DNA from: Eledone cirrhosa
Lineage: Eukaryota
Assembly: GCA_964016885.1 (NCBI GenBank)
Contig: OZ024761.1
Span: 16,740,001-16,804,000 of the forward strand
DNA: 64,000 nt
Direction: 5' to 3'
Under the pieces are notes generated by a model. The model searched no databases. It saw only the letters and a program-made list of their open reading frames with translations, and was not told the origin of the DNA. Shown here one piece after another: positions 1 to 15,512 of this stretch. A program made the translations under genes and the position numbers. Each line of letters opens with the position of its first letter. The stretch's first letter is position 1.

Positions 1-12
1 ATATATAGAGAG

Positions 13-43
<31 letters not shown>

Positions 44-242
44 TATATATATATATAGAGAGAGAGAGATATATATATATATATAGAGAGAGAGATATAT
101 ATATATAGAGAGAGAGAGAGATATATATATATAGAGAGAGAGAGAGATATATATATATATAGAGAGAGAGAGATATATATATATATATAGAGAGAGAGAT
201 ATATATATATATAGAGAGAGAGAGAGATATATATATATATAG

Positions 243-283
<41 letters not shown>

Positions 284-320
284 TATATAGAGAGAGAGAG
301 AGATATATATATATATATAG

Positions 321-363
<43 letters not shown>

Positions 364-472
364 TATATATATATATAGAGAGATATATATATAGAGAGAT
401 ATATATATATATAGAGAGAGAGATATATATATATATATAGAGAGAGATATATATATATATATAGAGAGAGAG

Positions 473-505
<33 letters not shown>

Positions 506-556
506 TATATATATATATATAGAGAGAGAGAGATATATATATATATAGAGAGAGAG

Positions 557-589
<33 letters not shown>

Positions 590-638
590 TATATATATAT
601 ATATAGAGAGAGATATATATATATATATAGAGAGAGAG

Positions 639-671
<33 letters not shown>

Positions 672-698
672 TATATATATATATATAGATAGAGAGAG

Positions 699-789
<91 letters not shown>

Positions 790-1450
790 TATATATATAT
801 ATATATATAGAGAGAGATATATATATATATATATAGAGAGAGATATATATATATATATATAGAGAGATATATATATATATAGAGAGATATATATATATAT
901 AGATAGAGAGATATATATATATATATATAGAGAGAGATATATATATATATATATAGAGAGAGAGATATATATATATATAGAGAGAGAGATATATATATAT
1001 ATAGAGAGAGAGAGATATATATATATATAGAGAGAGATATATATATATATATAGAGAGAGAGATATATATATATATAGAGAGAGAGATATATATATATAT
1101 AGAGAGAGAGATATATATATATATAGAGAGAGAGATATATATATATATAGAGAGAGAGATATATATATATATAGAGAGAGAGATATATATATATATAGAG
1201 AGAGATATATATATATATATAGAGAGAGATATATATATATATATAGAGAGAGAGATATATATATATATAGAGAGAGATATATATATAGAGAGAGAGAGAT
1301 ATATATATAGAGAGAGATATATATATAGAGAGAGAGATATATATATAGAGAGAGAGATATATATATAGAGAGAGATATATATATATAGAGAGAGAGATAT
1401 ATATATATATATAGAGAGAGAGATATATATATATATATAGAGAGAGAGAG

Positions 1451-1513
<63 letters not shown>

Positions 1514-1544
1514 TATATATATATATATAGAGAGAGATAGATAG

Positions 1545-1587
<43 letters not shown>

Positions 1588-1600
1588 TATAGAGAGAGAG

Positions 1601-1671
<71 letters not shown>

Positions 1672-3042
1672 GAGAGATATATATATATATAGAGAGAGAG
1701 AGATATATATATAGAGAGAGAGAGATATATATATAGAGAGAGAGAGATATATATATAGAGAGAGAGAGATATATATATAGAGAGAGAGAGATATATATAT
1801 AGAGAGAGAGAGATATATATATATAGAGAGAGAGTTATATATATATATAGAGAGAGAGATATATATATATATAGAGAGAGAGATATATATATATATAGAG
1901 AGATATATATATATATATATAGAGAGAGATATATATATATATATAGAGAGAGAGATATATATATATATAGAGAGAGATATATATATATATATAGAGAGAG
2001 AGATATATATATATATAGAGAGAGAGATATATATATATAGAGAGAGAGATATATATATATAGAGAGAGAGAGAGATATATATATATAGAGGTAGATATAG
2101 ATATAGAGATATAGATAGATATATAGATATATATATATAGATAGATATATATAGATATAGATATAGATATAGAGATATATATAGAGATATATAGATATAT
2201 ATATATAGAGAGAGAGAGATATATATATATATATAGAGAGAGAGATATATATAGATATATAGAGAGAGAGATATATATAGATATATAGAGATATAGATAT
2301 ATAGAGATATATAGAGATATAGATATATAGAGATAGAGATATAGATATATATATAGAGAGAGAGATAGATATAGATATATAGAGAGATAGATATAGATAT
2401 ATAGAGATATATATATATATATATAGAGAGAGATATAGAGATAGATATATATATATATATATATAGAGATATATAAATATATATAGAGATAGATATATAG
2501 AGATATATAGAGATAGATATATAGAGATAGAGATATAGAGATAGAGAGATAGAGAGATAGAGAGATAGAGATATATAGAGATAGAGATATAGAGAGATAG
2601 AGATATATAGAGATAGAGATATATAGAGATAGAGATATATAGAGATAGAGATATATAGAGATAGAGATATATAGAGATAGAGATATATAGAGATAGAGAT
2701 ATATAGAGATAGAGATATATAGAGATAGAGATATAGAGAGATAGAGATATAGAGAGATAGAGAGAGATAGAGATAGAGAGAGATAGAGATAGAGAGAGAT
2801 AGAGATAGAGAGAGATAGAGATAGAGAGAGATAGAGATAGATAGAGATAGAGATAGAGATAGATAGAGATAGAGATAGATAGAGATAGAGATAGATAGAT
2901 AGAGATAGAGATAGATAGAGATAGATAGAGATAGATAGAGATAGATAGAGATAGATAGAGATAGATAGAGATAGATAGAGATAGATAGAGATAGATAGAG
3001 ATAGATAGAGATAGATAGAGAGAGATAGAGAGAGATAGAGAT

Positions 3043-3081
<39 letters not shown>

Positions 3082-3184
3082 TAGAGATAGATATAGAGAT
3101 AGAGATAGAGATAGATATAGAGATAGAGATAGATATAGAGATAGAGATAGAGATAGAGATAGAGATAGAGATAAAGATAGATAT
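1..3184. repeat. Compound microsatellite array (AT)n(AG)n grading into (AGAGAT)n/(AGAT)n
   Basis: Almost pure A/T/G low-complexity repeats with motif drift along the array. Confidence 0.97.
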
Positions 3185-6100
3185 ATTTCTTTATTAGCCA
3201 CAGGGGCACAAAAGAAGGGGACAAATACAAAGGGGGAAGTTTACATACAATAAAAACGTGTAAAATGTTATCACAGATGGAATTTAAAAAGTTAGTCGAT
3301 TTTCCCCAATAGAGGGAGACAGTTTATATGGGTAACACATACCCCCGAAAAAAAATGTGCAACCCTCATCTCCAGGAGTACGAAGAGTTTGTACTCCCTT
3401 CCTCTCCTCCTTTTCCTCAACCTACAGGCTGATATAGAGAGAAGGCCCATTCACTCGGGCCATTCTCGCCACTTTCACCCACCTTTCATAAAACTTGCTG
3501 GGGTACATCACCTCTCTCTCCATCCTGATTCTTCTTCCAAAGTGGTATTTGAAAAAAAGAATCAGTTGTTGGCCGGAGAGAAAGGTGTCTGACCTCAGCC
3601 CTTTCAACCTTGTCCACCATACAACCTCTTTCGCCATAGCTATCACACAAAGGAAAACCGCCTCTCCTTCGTTTTTGAAGGAGGGTGGCGGTTTGATCAT
3701 GACAATGGACTCGGTGGTCAACTGGACTGGACCCACCCGCGACAATAGTCGTTCTACATAGCCCCACAGGTCAGTGACGCCCGGGCAGTGTATGAATGCG
3801 TGCGCGACGGTTTCTTCGTCTCGCACGCACCTCGGACAGATCTTTTTTGCAGGGTCCCTGCCCGGGCGCCCATGTCTGTATAGCTTGTCTCGAACTGGTA
3901 GAGCTCCTTGGTAGCACTGCCAGGCCAGGGACTTTTGGAAGTTGTCCATCGGTCCCGGGCGGAAGGTCCTACCGAACAGACTGGCCAGTTCATCTTCCTC
4001 TACGCCTAGAGTTTCACCGAGTGCGTCGTCGCACTTGCTGCGGACTAACCCTCTATAGAATGACGAAGTGGAGTCTCCACTGATCGCCGGGTCCGCCTGC
4101 CAAAGGGCTGTGAGCGCCTGAGCACATTCGATGTGCCAGTCGCCCATTTTCCTCGGTCTTTGCTTGACCCAGGACTGCAGCTCGGTCAGCGAGACGAGTC
4201 GTGGGAAGGCTCGCCTCACGAACGGGGCCCACACCGGTTGTCCGGTGAGGAATATGTAGAGATGCCGCAGCCTGAGCGCGTGTTTGCGCATCGTCAACCA
4301 CGGCATCCCCAGCCCTCCGTTAGAAGGGTGTTGGCAGCAGATGGATCTTCTCACCAAAGGAGCCCGCCTCTTCCAAAGGAATCGGAAGAGCGCGTGCTCC
4401 ATTTTGGCGAGCGTTTTGGCTGGACAAGGCACGACGGTCAAGCGGTAGTAGATGGCGGATGCTATAAAAGTGTTCGCCACCTCCGCTCGACCTTTCAAGG
4501 ATAGTTTGCACTCGGCCCACTTCTGGGTGAGTGCAAACACCTTGGCCGTCATTTCATTCCAGTTCTTCTCCACCTGGAGGTCCGGACCAAACCAGACCCC
4601 GAGCAGCTTTACCGGTCCTTCCGTCCAGCGTCCGACGACGCCATCGGAAGGCATCGGTCTGCCTCTCCACGATCCGAGTTGCAAACCGATGGACTTGTCC
4701 CGGTTCAGCTTCGTTCTTGTGAGACTTTCGTATTCCTTTAGTAAGGTGCCGACTTCCTCGATTTGCGAGGCGCTCGACACCATTACTGTAACGTCGTCGG
4801 CGTAGGCCGACGCCGCTTTCCGCAGTCCCGGTTCCAGAGGGATGCCCTGCAATAGCTCCAGCTTCCGCAGTAGTGGCTCGAGAGTCAGTACGTACAGGAG
4901 AGAGGGCATCCCTGTCGAATGGATCGCGTAATATGGAACGGCTCCGAGAGGTAGCTGTTCACCTTGACCCTTGAGCAGATGTTGCTGTTGTGCATTGCAG
5001 CGATCCAGCCCCTGAACACGGGTCCGAAGCCTGCCGCCTCGAGCACCGCATCCAGGTAACGATGGTCAACCCTATCGAAAGCCTTAGACTGATCCAAGTT
5101 GATCAGTGCCCCACCGAAGCTGGGTTTACACCCTACCCTCTCTATGATGTATCGCATGAGGTGGAGGTTGTCGTGTATGGACCTGGTCGGGATTGCGCAT
5201 GTCTGCGCTTCTCCCACCAGGTTCTCGACGACAAGCGCCAGCCTTTTTGCCAACACCTTGGCCAAAATCTGTAACTCTGTGTTTAGCAGAGTTATGGGCC
5301 GGAAGTTGCCTATGTCATCCCCCTTATTCTCGTCCTTCCTGATTAGTGTGACCACGCCCCCGGTTACAGAACTGGGAATTCTCCCGTTCTGTTGCCAGTT
5401 GCAGTAGACCGCTTCCAGGAGACCGGAGAATAAGTCCGGCATTGCTACGTAAAATTCGTAGGGTAGACCGTCGAGACCTGGAGATTTGCGTTTGCCGCAT
5501 TGGCTCAGCGCGTCCCCTATCTCAGTGGCTGAAATCGGCTTTTCGCAGAACTTTGCCTCGCTGTCCGAGAGTCGCGGTAGGCCGTCGAGGTATGGACCGA
5601 AATCCATAGCCTCTCCCGGCGCGCCGCTCCCCCCGAACAGCCGAGCAAAGTACCGCTGAAAAGCCGCACACATTTGCTTCGGCTCACGTATCACGCGTCC
5701 GTTTTGGTCCTTCAGAGACCGAATCGTGAACTTGTTGCCACTTTTTGCCTCCATCACTCGGGCCCAGCTAACAGCTTTGACTCCCTCATTTCCCAGAGCA
5801 CGTATTTTGCTTCTGACGACGCAGTCCTCGTGCTTTGCGTCGAAGAACTGGTCCAAGGCCGTTCTCGTTGCTAGCACGCTGGCTACGTTGCCACTTCTAA
5901 TTGCCCCTCTTCTACTTTATCTACCAGTTCCTTCTCGGTTCTATTTCTATATAACGCTAATTCTTTACTAAAAACTAATGAGTTTAATCTAACTGCCCTC
6001 TTGAGAGAGTACCACCATCTGTTGTTGACAATGGCCCCTGTCAAGTGCTGTTTAACTAAAGTGCTAATCCGTCTACTGTAGGCTTTGCTTGTCGGTTAAC

Positions 6101-6283
6101 GACAAGTTCAGCTTCCAGTAGCCGGGTCCTTGTCTATGGGTTCTATCAAGGTTGGCCATGCAGGTCACTAGTTTGTGATCTGAATAGGCATCCATGAACT
6201 TTTGTGGACAGCTTAACATGTCCCTATCCTTATTCCTAACTAGAACCCTATCTAGGTACGATCTAGATGTTCCGCTACGATTA

Positions 6284-6285
<2 letters not shown>
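3185..6285 (-). mobile_element. 5'-truncated, frameshifted L1/Tx1-clade non-LTR retrotransposon (ORF2: APE C-terminus, RT, C-terminal Zn finger)
   Basis: Minus strand reads SRSYLDRVL...YSDHKLV...GPGYWKLN (APE end). ORFs 4885-5877 (KSPGLDGLPYEFY, NFRPITLLN, LDQSKAFDRV, RQGCPLS) and 3422-4909 (YADD, CPRC..ETVAHAFIHC) are joined by a frameshift near 4890. AATAAA at the 3' end abuts the microsatellite. Confidence 0.92.
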
Positions 6286-6330
<45 letters not shown>

Positions 6331-6457
6331 TATATAGTATTAATTATACTATTTATGGTTATGTAAATACAAAAACCTTTTGCAGTTATATATATTTTTT
6401 TATACAAACCCTAAATAGTAGTAGGCAGTAATATATTACTACCTTATTACCAGTAGA

Positions 6458-6497
6458 TTATATATATATATATATATAGAGAGAGAGATATATGTAG

Positions 6498-6528
<31 letters not shown>

Positions 6529-7022
6529 TATATATATATATATATAGAGAGAGAGAAATATAGATATATATATAGAGAGAGAGAGAGAGAAATATAGATA
6601 TATATATATAGATATATATATAGAGAGAGAAATATAGATATATAGAGAGAGAGAGAGAGAAATATAGATATATATATATATAGATATATATATAGAGAGA
6701 GAAATATAGATATATATAGAGAGAGAGAGAGAGAAATATAGATATATATATATATAGATATATATATAGAGAGAGAAATATAGATATATATATATAGATA
6801 TATATATATAGAGAGAGAAATATAGATATATATATATAGAGAGAGAGAGAGAAATATAGATATATATATATATAGAGAGAGAAATATAGATATATAGAGA
6901 GAGAGAGAAATATAGATATATATATATATAGATATATATATATAGAGAGAAATATAGATATATATATATAGAGAGAGAGAGAGAAATATAGATATATATA
7001 TATATATAGATATATATATATA
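6458..7022. repeat. Compound (TA)n/(GA)n microsatellite with recurring AGAAATATAGAT unit
   Basis: Seen directly. Confidence 0.95.
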
Positions 7023-9452
7023 GCTAGCATGGGTTAGACGGGTTGTCCTGTTGTGGGCAGTGTCTGGTCGGCTGGCCATGCCTTGCTCATACAGGAACTG
7101 ATTTTGCTTGATTTCTACAGCTGGATGCCCTTCCTAACACCAACCTCATTTACAGTGAGTGCTGGGTGCTTTTTCGTGGCGCCTACACGTCCACTTTACA
7201 GTGTGGGCTGGGTGCTTTTTTGCCGTGGCACCTCCACGACCACCTTGCGGTGGGGGTATATTGTCTATATGCTTCAGCTTTTACCCATGGGAGGTCGGGT
7301 ACTCTATATTACTGCGTGACGCCAGAGGTCACGGTCGTGTGTCATTGCCTTTGAGAGGTGTAGTTGGGTAAGGTCGGCTTTTATCACCTCATCCCAAGTC
7401 ATCTTGGGTCTCCCCACTTCGCGGTTTCCATCGACTTCTAGTGCTCTGCACCTTTTTATGCAGCTGTCATCCTTCATACGCATCACATGTCCATACCAGC
7501 GCAACCACCTCTCCTGCACACAGCATTTGATTCCCCTTATGCTCAGTCTCTCTCTCAGTTCATTTATGCTTTGTCGTTCACGTACATTACTGTTACACAT
7601 CCATCGGAGCATGCAAGCTTCGTTTCTCTCTAATCTACGTAAGTCTTCCACCTTCAGCGCCCAGGTCTCACTACCATGCAACATTGCTGTTCGGACACAC
7701 GCATCATACAGTCTGCCTTTCATTCTGAGGGAGAAGCCTTTTGCAGCTAGCAGTGGTAGTAGTTCCCTAAACTTCTTCCATCCCGTTCTTACCCTAGTTA
7801 TTGTACTTTCTGAACACCCACCTCCGCTGCTAATTCGGTCACCTAGGTAGCAGAAGCTGTCTACTGTTTCTACAGAGCCCTCCCAGAGATTGGTGGTACT
7901 TGTTTCCTGTGGCTGTTTGCTGCTTGCATGTGAAGCCTACATTCTTAATTAAACTTCCTGAGATCCCGCTACATCTCTTGTGTACCCATTGTTTGCATTT
8001 GGGGCAGAGAATGGAGTTCCTACCGACACCTTTCCTACATACTGAGCAAGGTCATTTCCCTGAGGGGATCTGGGTTCTGTTTTCTCGTCTACTTACAAGG
8101 ACCTTAGTCTTTGTCATGTTGACTTTGAGACGCTTTCTTTCTAGTCCCTTCCCTGCTTCCAAGTTTGGAATTTATTCTCTAGTTCTACCATAGATTCAGC
8201 TATGAGTGCGAGGTCATCAACATACAGGAGTTCCCATGGGCATCCGGTCTTAAACTCCTCCGTTATTGCCTGCAGGACTATGATGAACAGGAGGGGTCTA
8301 AGAACAGAGCCCTGGTGGACCCCAACCTGTACGCTAAATTCCTCGCTATACTCATTGCTAATCCTAACTTTGCTGACTGCTCCCCTATACATGGCTTGTA
8401 CCGCTTTCACAAGCCATTCATCTACTCCTAGTTTTCTAAGAGCCCACCAGATTACAGCACGTGGAACTCTGTCAAAGGCTTTCTCAAGGTCGACAAATGC
8501 CAAGTAGAGTGGCTTACTTTTAGCTAGGTACTTTTTCTGTAACTGCCTCACAAGGAAGAGGGCATCAGTGGTGCCTCTTCCTGGTACAAACCCAAATTGC
8601 ATCTCGTCTATTTTCACCCGGTCCCTAATCAGCTGTGCTATAACTCTTTCTATTACTTTCATGACCTGGTCCATCAACTTTATACCTCTATAGTTTTCTC
8701 CATCTAGTGCATCGCCTTTACCTTTGTAGCAGTTGACAATGATGCTACTGCACCAATCTTTTGGTATGACACCTAGTATTACCTGGTTAACAATACGTGT
8801 GGTTATAGCGTGACCTACAGACCCAGATGCCTTCAGCATCTCTGCAGCTATACCCGATGGACCGGTTGCCTTCCCCATCTTCATATCTTTGATTGCCTTA
8901 CTTACCACGTTGCTGCTGACTTGTACTGCTGGCCCCTTTATAGGGTCTACTTGGGGTAGGGTCTCTTCTTCCCATGCATTCTCCTAATCTATCATAATGA
9001 CTCTTCCATGCATCTTTCTTCTCAGCACTTGTGAGGGCAAGCTCACCTTTATCATTCCGGATACACTTCTCTCCAATGACATCACAACTATCTCTGACAC
9101 ACTGCCTCGCAATCTTGAACACCTCTTGTTTCTGGTCCTCACGTTGCAAAACATGCTTGAATTTTCTATCCTCTGCTTCCCTCCTAGCTAAGTATACTTG
9201 TCGCCTAGCTTCCCTCTTGGTCTCTATGTAATGTACCCCCCCCCCCGTTCTTCCATTCTTTCCATGCCTGTCTCTTGGCCTTAACTGCTTCATCTACCTT
9301 ATTGTTCCACCACCAAGTCACCCTCCTCCTGCTTGAGGTCTTACTCCAGCCACAGACCTCATCTGTCGCCTCCAGTAAATTATTTTTTAGGAACTCCCAG
9401 TTCTCTTCTACATTGAATGTCTCTATCTGTTCTTCTTTACTGTCGTAGGCGT

Positions 9453-9455
<3 letters not shown>
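7023..9455 (-). mobile_element. 5'-truncated, decayed RTE-clade LINE (copy 1) with 3' UTR
   Basis: ORF fragments 8898-9293, 8141-8908 ([32 protein letters not shown]) and 7304-7723 (RLYDACVRTAMLHGSETW, LRWYGHVMR) are RTE-type RT motifs, broken by frameshifts. Confidence 0.92.
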
Positions 9456-9490
<35 letters not shown>

Positions 9491-9790
9491 TATAGATATA
9501 TATATATATATAGATATATATATATATATAGATATATATATATATAGATATATATATATAGAGAGATATATATATATATAGAGAGATATATATATATATA
9601 GAGAGATATATATATAGAGATATATATATATATATAGAGATATATATATATATAGATATAGAGATATATATATATATAGATAGAGAGATATATATATATA
9701 TATAGATAGAGAGATATATATATATATATAGATAGAGAGATATATATATATATCTATATATATATCTCTATCTATATATATATATATATA
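9456..9790. repeat. (TA)n/(GA)n microsatellite
   Basis: Seen directly. Confidence 0.95.
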
Positions 9791-11388
9791 TCATCATCAT
9801 CAACGTTTAACGTCCGTGTTCCACGCTTGCATAGATTTGGACGGGGGTATTCCCACTTGAGGCAAGAGTGATTGTCTTGCTCGCATAGGACTGTCTGGCA
9901 GGTTTTCTACAGCTGGATGCCCTTCCTAACACCAACCACATTTACAGTGTGGGGCTGGGAGGTTTTTACCGTGTTGCCTACACGGCCACATTACAGCGTG
10001 GACTGTGTGTTTTTTTGTCGTGACACCTACACGACCTCATTTATTTCGGCCTGGATGTTGTGGCACCAACATAACTTTACATTGAAGGGGCGGCGTCTAT
10101 CTTTATTGCCCTGCACTTTGTTATACAGCTGTCGTCTTTCATGCGCATCACGTGACCATACCAACGTAGCCTTCTCTCGAGTAAACAACATCTGATCCCT
10201 CTTATTTCTAATTTTTTCCTTAGTTCGTTTATGCTTTGCCGTTCACGTATGTTACTATTACACATCCAGCAGAGCATGCAAGCTTCGTTCCTCTCTAGTC
10301 TGCGTATATCCTCTGCACACAATGCCCAGGTCTCACTGCCATGCAACATTGCTGTTCGTATGCAGGCATCATACAACCTGCCTTTCATTCTTAGGGAGAA
10401 CCCTTTAGCAGCTAATAGTGGTATAAGCTCTCTGAACTTTTTCCAACCAGTTCTGACTCTAGCTACTGTACTTTCAGAGCACCCTCCCCCACTGCTGATT
10501 TTGTCGCCCAGGTAACGGAAGCTGTCCACTATTTCTATAGAACCCTCTGCGCAATTGAAAGAGCTAGTATTTTGTGGGCACTTGCTGCTACTTATTGCAC
10601 CAGAGCACCGTAAAATCTATGTTCTTAGTTAGCTTACCTGTGATCCCACTACATCTTTTATGCACCGATACTTTGCATTTGGGACATAAAATAGAGTTTC
10701 TACCTACGCCTTTCCTACACACTGAGCATGGCCATTTCCCGGAAGGGACCGGCGCCTTATTTTCTTTCCTACAAACTAGAACTTTAGTCTTAGCCAGGTT
10801 AATTTTAAGGCCTTTTGATTCTAGGCTGTGCTTCCATGTTTGGAATTTCTTCTCTAGCTCGGCCATTGATTCAGCTATGAGCGTTAGATCATCTGCGTAT
10901 AGGAGTTCCCATGGGCAGCCGGTCTTGATCTCCTCTGTTATAGCCTGAAGGGCAATAATAAATAGTAGGGGGCTAAGAACAGAACCCTGATAGACGCCAA
11001 CTTTTACGTTAAACTCTTCACTATATTCGTTGTTAATTCTAACCTTGCTGACTGTTTCTTTATACATGGCTTGTATAGCTCTCACAAGCCATTCGTCAAC
11101 ACCTAGTTTTCTCAGAGCCCACTAGATAATGGAACGGGGGACTCTGTCGAAGGCTTTCTCCAGGTCAACAAAAGCTAAGTATAGGGGTTTACTTTTAGCT
11201 AGGTACTTCTCCTGTAGTTGTCGTACAATGAAAAGAGCGTCTGTGGTACTTTTGCCTGACACAAACCCGAACTGCATTTGATCTAGATCAATTTTCTCTC
11301 TGATTAGTTGCGCTATTACTTTTTCCGTGACCTTCATGACCTGGTCGATTAATTTAATGCCTCTATAGTTACTCCTATCTAGGGCGTC
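9791..11388 (-). mobile_element. RTE-clade LINE copy 2, 3' portion (RT, C-terminus, 3' tail ending in (GAT)n)
   Basis: [13 protein letters not shown]...[13 protein letters not shown] 10588-11085 (QGSVLSPLLF, YADD) and ORF 10077-10529. (TCA)n tail at 9791. Confidence 0.92.
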
Positions 11389-11778
11389 TATAGATATATA
11401 TAGATATGTATATATATATATATAGATAGATATATATAGATGTATATATATAGATATATATAGATGTATATATATAGATATATATAGATGTATATATATA
11501 GATATATATAGATATGTATATAGATATATATAGATATGTATATGTATATAGATATATATAGATATGTATATGTATATAGATATATATAGATATGTATATA
11601 TATATATATAGATATATCTATATATATATAGATATATATAGATATGTATATATATATATAGATATGTATATATAGATATATATAGATATGTATATATAGA
11701 TATAGATATGTATATATATATATAGATATGTATATATATATATAGATATGTATATATATATATATAGATATGTATATG

Positions 11779-11810
<32 letters not shown>

Positions 11811-12200
11811 GATATGTATATGTATATATATATATGTATATATATATATATGTATATGTATATATATATATGTATATATATAGATATGTATATGTATATA
11901 TATATATGTATATATATAGATATGTATATGTATATATATATATGTATATATGTATATATATAGATATGTATATATATATATGTATATATATATGTATATA
12001 TATAGATATGTATATATAGATATATATATGTATATGTATGTATATATAGATATATATGTATATGTATATATATATAGATATGTATATGTATATATATATA
12101 GATATGTATATGTATATATATATAGATATGTATATATAGATATATATAGATATAGATATGTATATATATATATATATAGATATATATATAGATATGTATA

Positions 12201-12231
<31 letters not shown>

Positions 12232-12774
12232 GTATATATATATATATAGATATATATAGATATGTATATATATATAGATATATATAGATATGTATATATA
12301 TATATATAGATATGTATATATATATATATAGATATGTATATATATATATATATATAGATATATATATATATGTATATATAGATATATATATATATGTATA
12401 TATAGATATATATAGATATGTATATATATATATATAGATATATATAGATATGTATATATAGATATATATAGATATATATAGATATGTATATATATATATA
12501 GATATGTATATATATATATAGATATATATAGATATGTATATATATATATATATAGATATGTATATATATATATATAGATATGTATATATATATATATAGA
12601 TATGTATATATATATATATATATAGATATATATAGATATGTATATATATATATATAGATATATATAGATATGTATATATATATATATAGATATGTATATA
12701 TATATATATATATATATAGATATATATAGATATGTATATATATATATATATATATATAGATATATATAGATATG

Positions 12775-12806
<32 letters not shown>

Positions 12807-12811
12807 TATAG

Positions 12812-12846
<35 letters not shown>

Positions 12847-12892
12847 TATATATAGATATGTATATATATATATATATATATAGATATGTATG

Positions 12893-12926
<34 letters not shown>

Positions 12927-13358
12927 TATGTATGTATATATATATATATAGATATATATAGATATGTATGTATATATATATATATATAGATATGTATGTA
13001 TATATATATATATATATATATAGATATGTATGTATATATATATATATAGATATATATAGATATGTATGTATATATATATATATATATAGATATATATAGA
13101 TATGTATATATATATATATATATAGATATATATAGATATGTATATATATATATATATAGATATATATAGATATGTATATATATATATATATATAGATATA
13201 TATAGATATGTATATATATATATATATATAGATATATATAGATATGTATATATATATATATAGATATAGATATATATAGATATGTATATATATAGATATA
13301 TATAGATATAGATATAGATATGTATATATATATATATATATAGATATATATAGATATG

Positions 13359-13392
<34 letters not shown>

Positions 13393-13488
13393 GATATATA
13401 TAGATATGTATATATATAGATATGTATATATATATATATGTATATGTATATATATGTATATATATAGATATGTATATATATAGATATG

Positions 13489-13519
<31 letters not shown>

Positions 13520-13540
13520 GTATATGTATATATATATATG

Positions 13541-13629
<89 letters not shown>

Positions 13630-13834
13630 GTATATATGTATATATATATATATATGTATATGTATATGTATATATATATATGTATATATATGTATATATA
13701 TATATGTATATGTATATGTATATATATATATGTATATATATATATATGTATATATATATATGTATATATATATGTATATATATATGTATATATGTATATG
13801 TATATGTATATATGTATATGTATATATATATATG

Positions 13835-13883
<49 letters not shown>

Positions 13884-14169
13884 GTATATGTATATGTATA
13901 TATATATATGTATATATATATATATGTATATATATATGTATATATATGTATATGTATATGTATATATATATATATATGTATATATATGTATATGTATATA
14001 TATATATATGTATATATATATGTATATATATGTATATATATATATATGTATATATATATGTATATATATGTATATGTATATATATATATGTATATATGTA
14101 TATGTATATATATGTATATGTATATATGTATATATATGTATATGTATATATATATATGTATATGTATAT

Positions 14170-14221
<52 letters not shown>

Positions 14222-14322
14222 ATATGTATGTATATGTATGTATGTATGTGTATGTATGTGTATGTATGTGTATGTATGTATGTATGTATGTATATATATG
14301 TATGTATGTATATATATGTATG

Positions 14323-14375
<53 letters not shown>

Positions 14376-14416
14376 GTATGTATGTATATATATGTATGTA
14401 TGTATATATATGTATG

Positions 14417-14448
<32 letters not shown>

Positions 14449-14474
14449 TATGTATGTATGTATGTATATGTATG

Positions 14475-14506
<32 letters not shown>

Positions 14507-14536
14507 TATGTATGTATGTATATATATGTATGTATG

Positions 14537-14584
<48 letters not shown>

Positions 14585-15248
14585 TATATATGTATGTATA
14601 TGTATGTATGTATATATATATATATATGCATGTATATATATGTATGTATATATATATATGTATGTATGTATGTATATGTATGTATATATATGTATGTATG
14701 TATGTATGTATATATATAGTATGTATGTATGTATATATATAGTATGTATGTATGTATATATATAGTATGTATGTATGTATATATATAGTATGTATGTATG
14801 TATATATATAGTATGTATGTATGTATATATATAGTATGTATGTATGTATATATATAGTATGTATGTATGTATATATATAGTATGTATGTATGTATATATA
14901 TAGTATGTATGTATGTATATATATAGTATGTATGTATGTATATATATAGTATGTATGTATGTATATATATAGTATGTATGTATGTATATATATAGTATGT
15001 ATGTATGTATATATATAGTATGTATGTATATATATGTATGTATGTATATATATTGTATGTATGTATATATATTGTATGTATATATATGTATGTATGTATG
15101 TATATGTATGTATGTATGTATGTATATATATGTATGTATGTATGTATATATATGTATGTATGTATATATATGTATGTATGTATGTATATATATGTATGTA
15201 TGTATATATATGTATGTATGTATATGTATGTATGTATGTATATATATG

Positions 15249-15287
<39 letters not shown>

Positions 15288-15352
15288 GTATATATATGTA
15301 TGTATGTATATATATGTATGTATGTATATATATGTATGTATGTATATATATG

Positions 15353-15384
<32 letters not shown>

Positions 15385-15471
15385 TATGTATGTATATATA
15401 TATATGTATGTATATATGTATGTATATATATATATGTATGTATATATGTATGTATATATATATATGTATGT

Positions 15472-15512
<41 letters not shown>

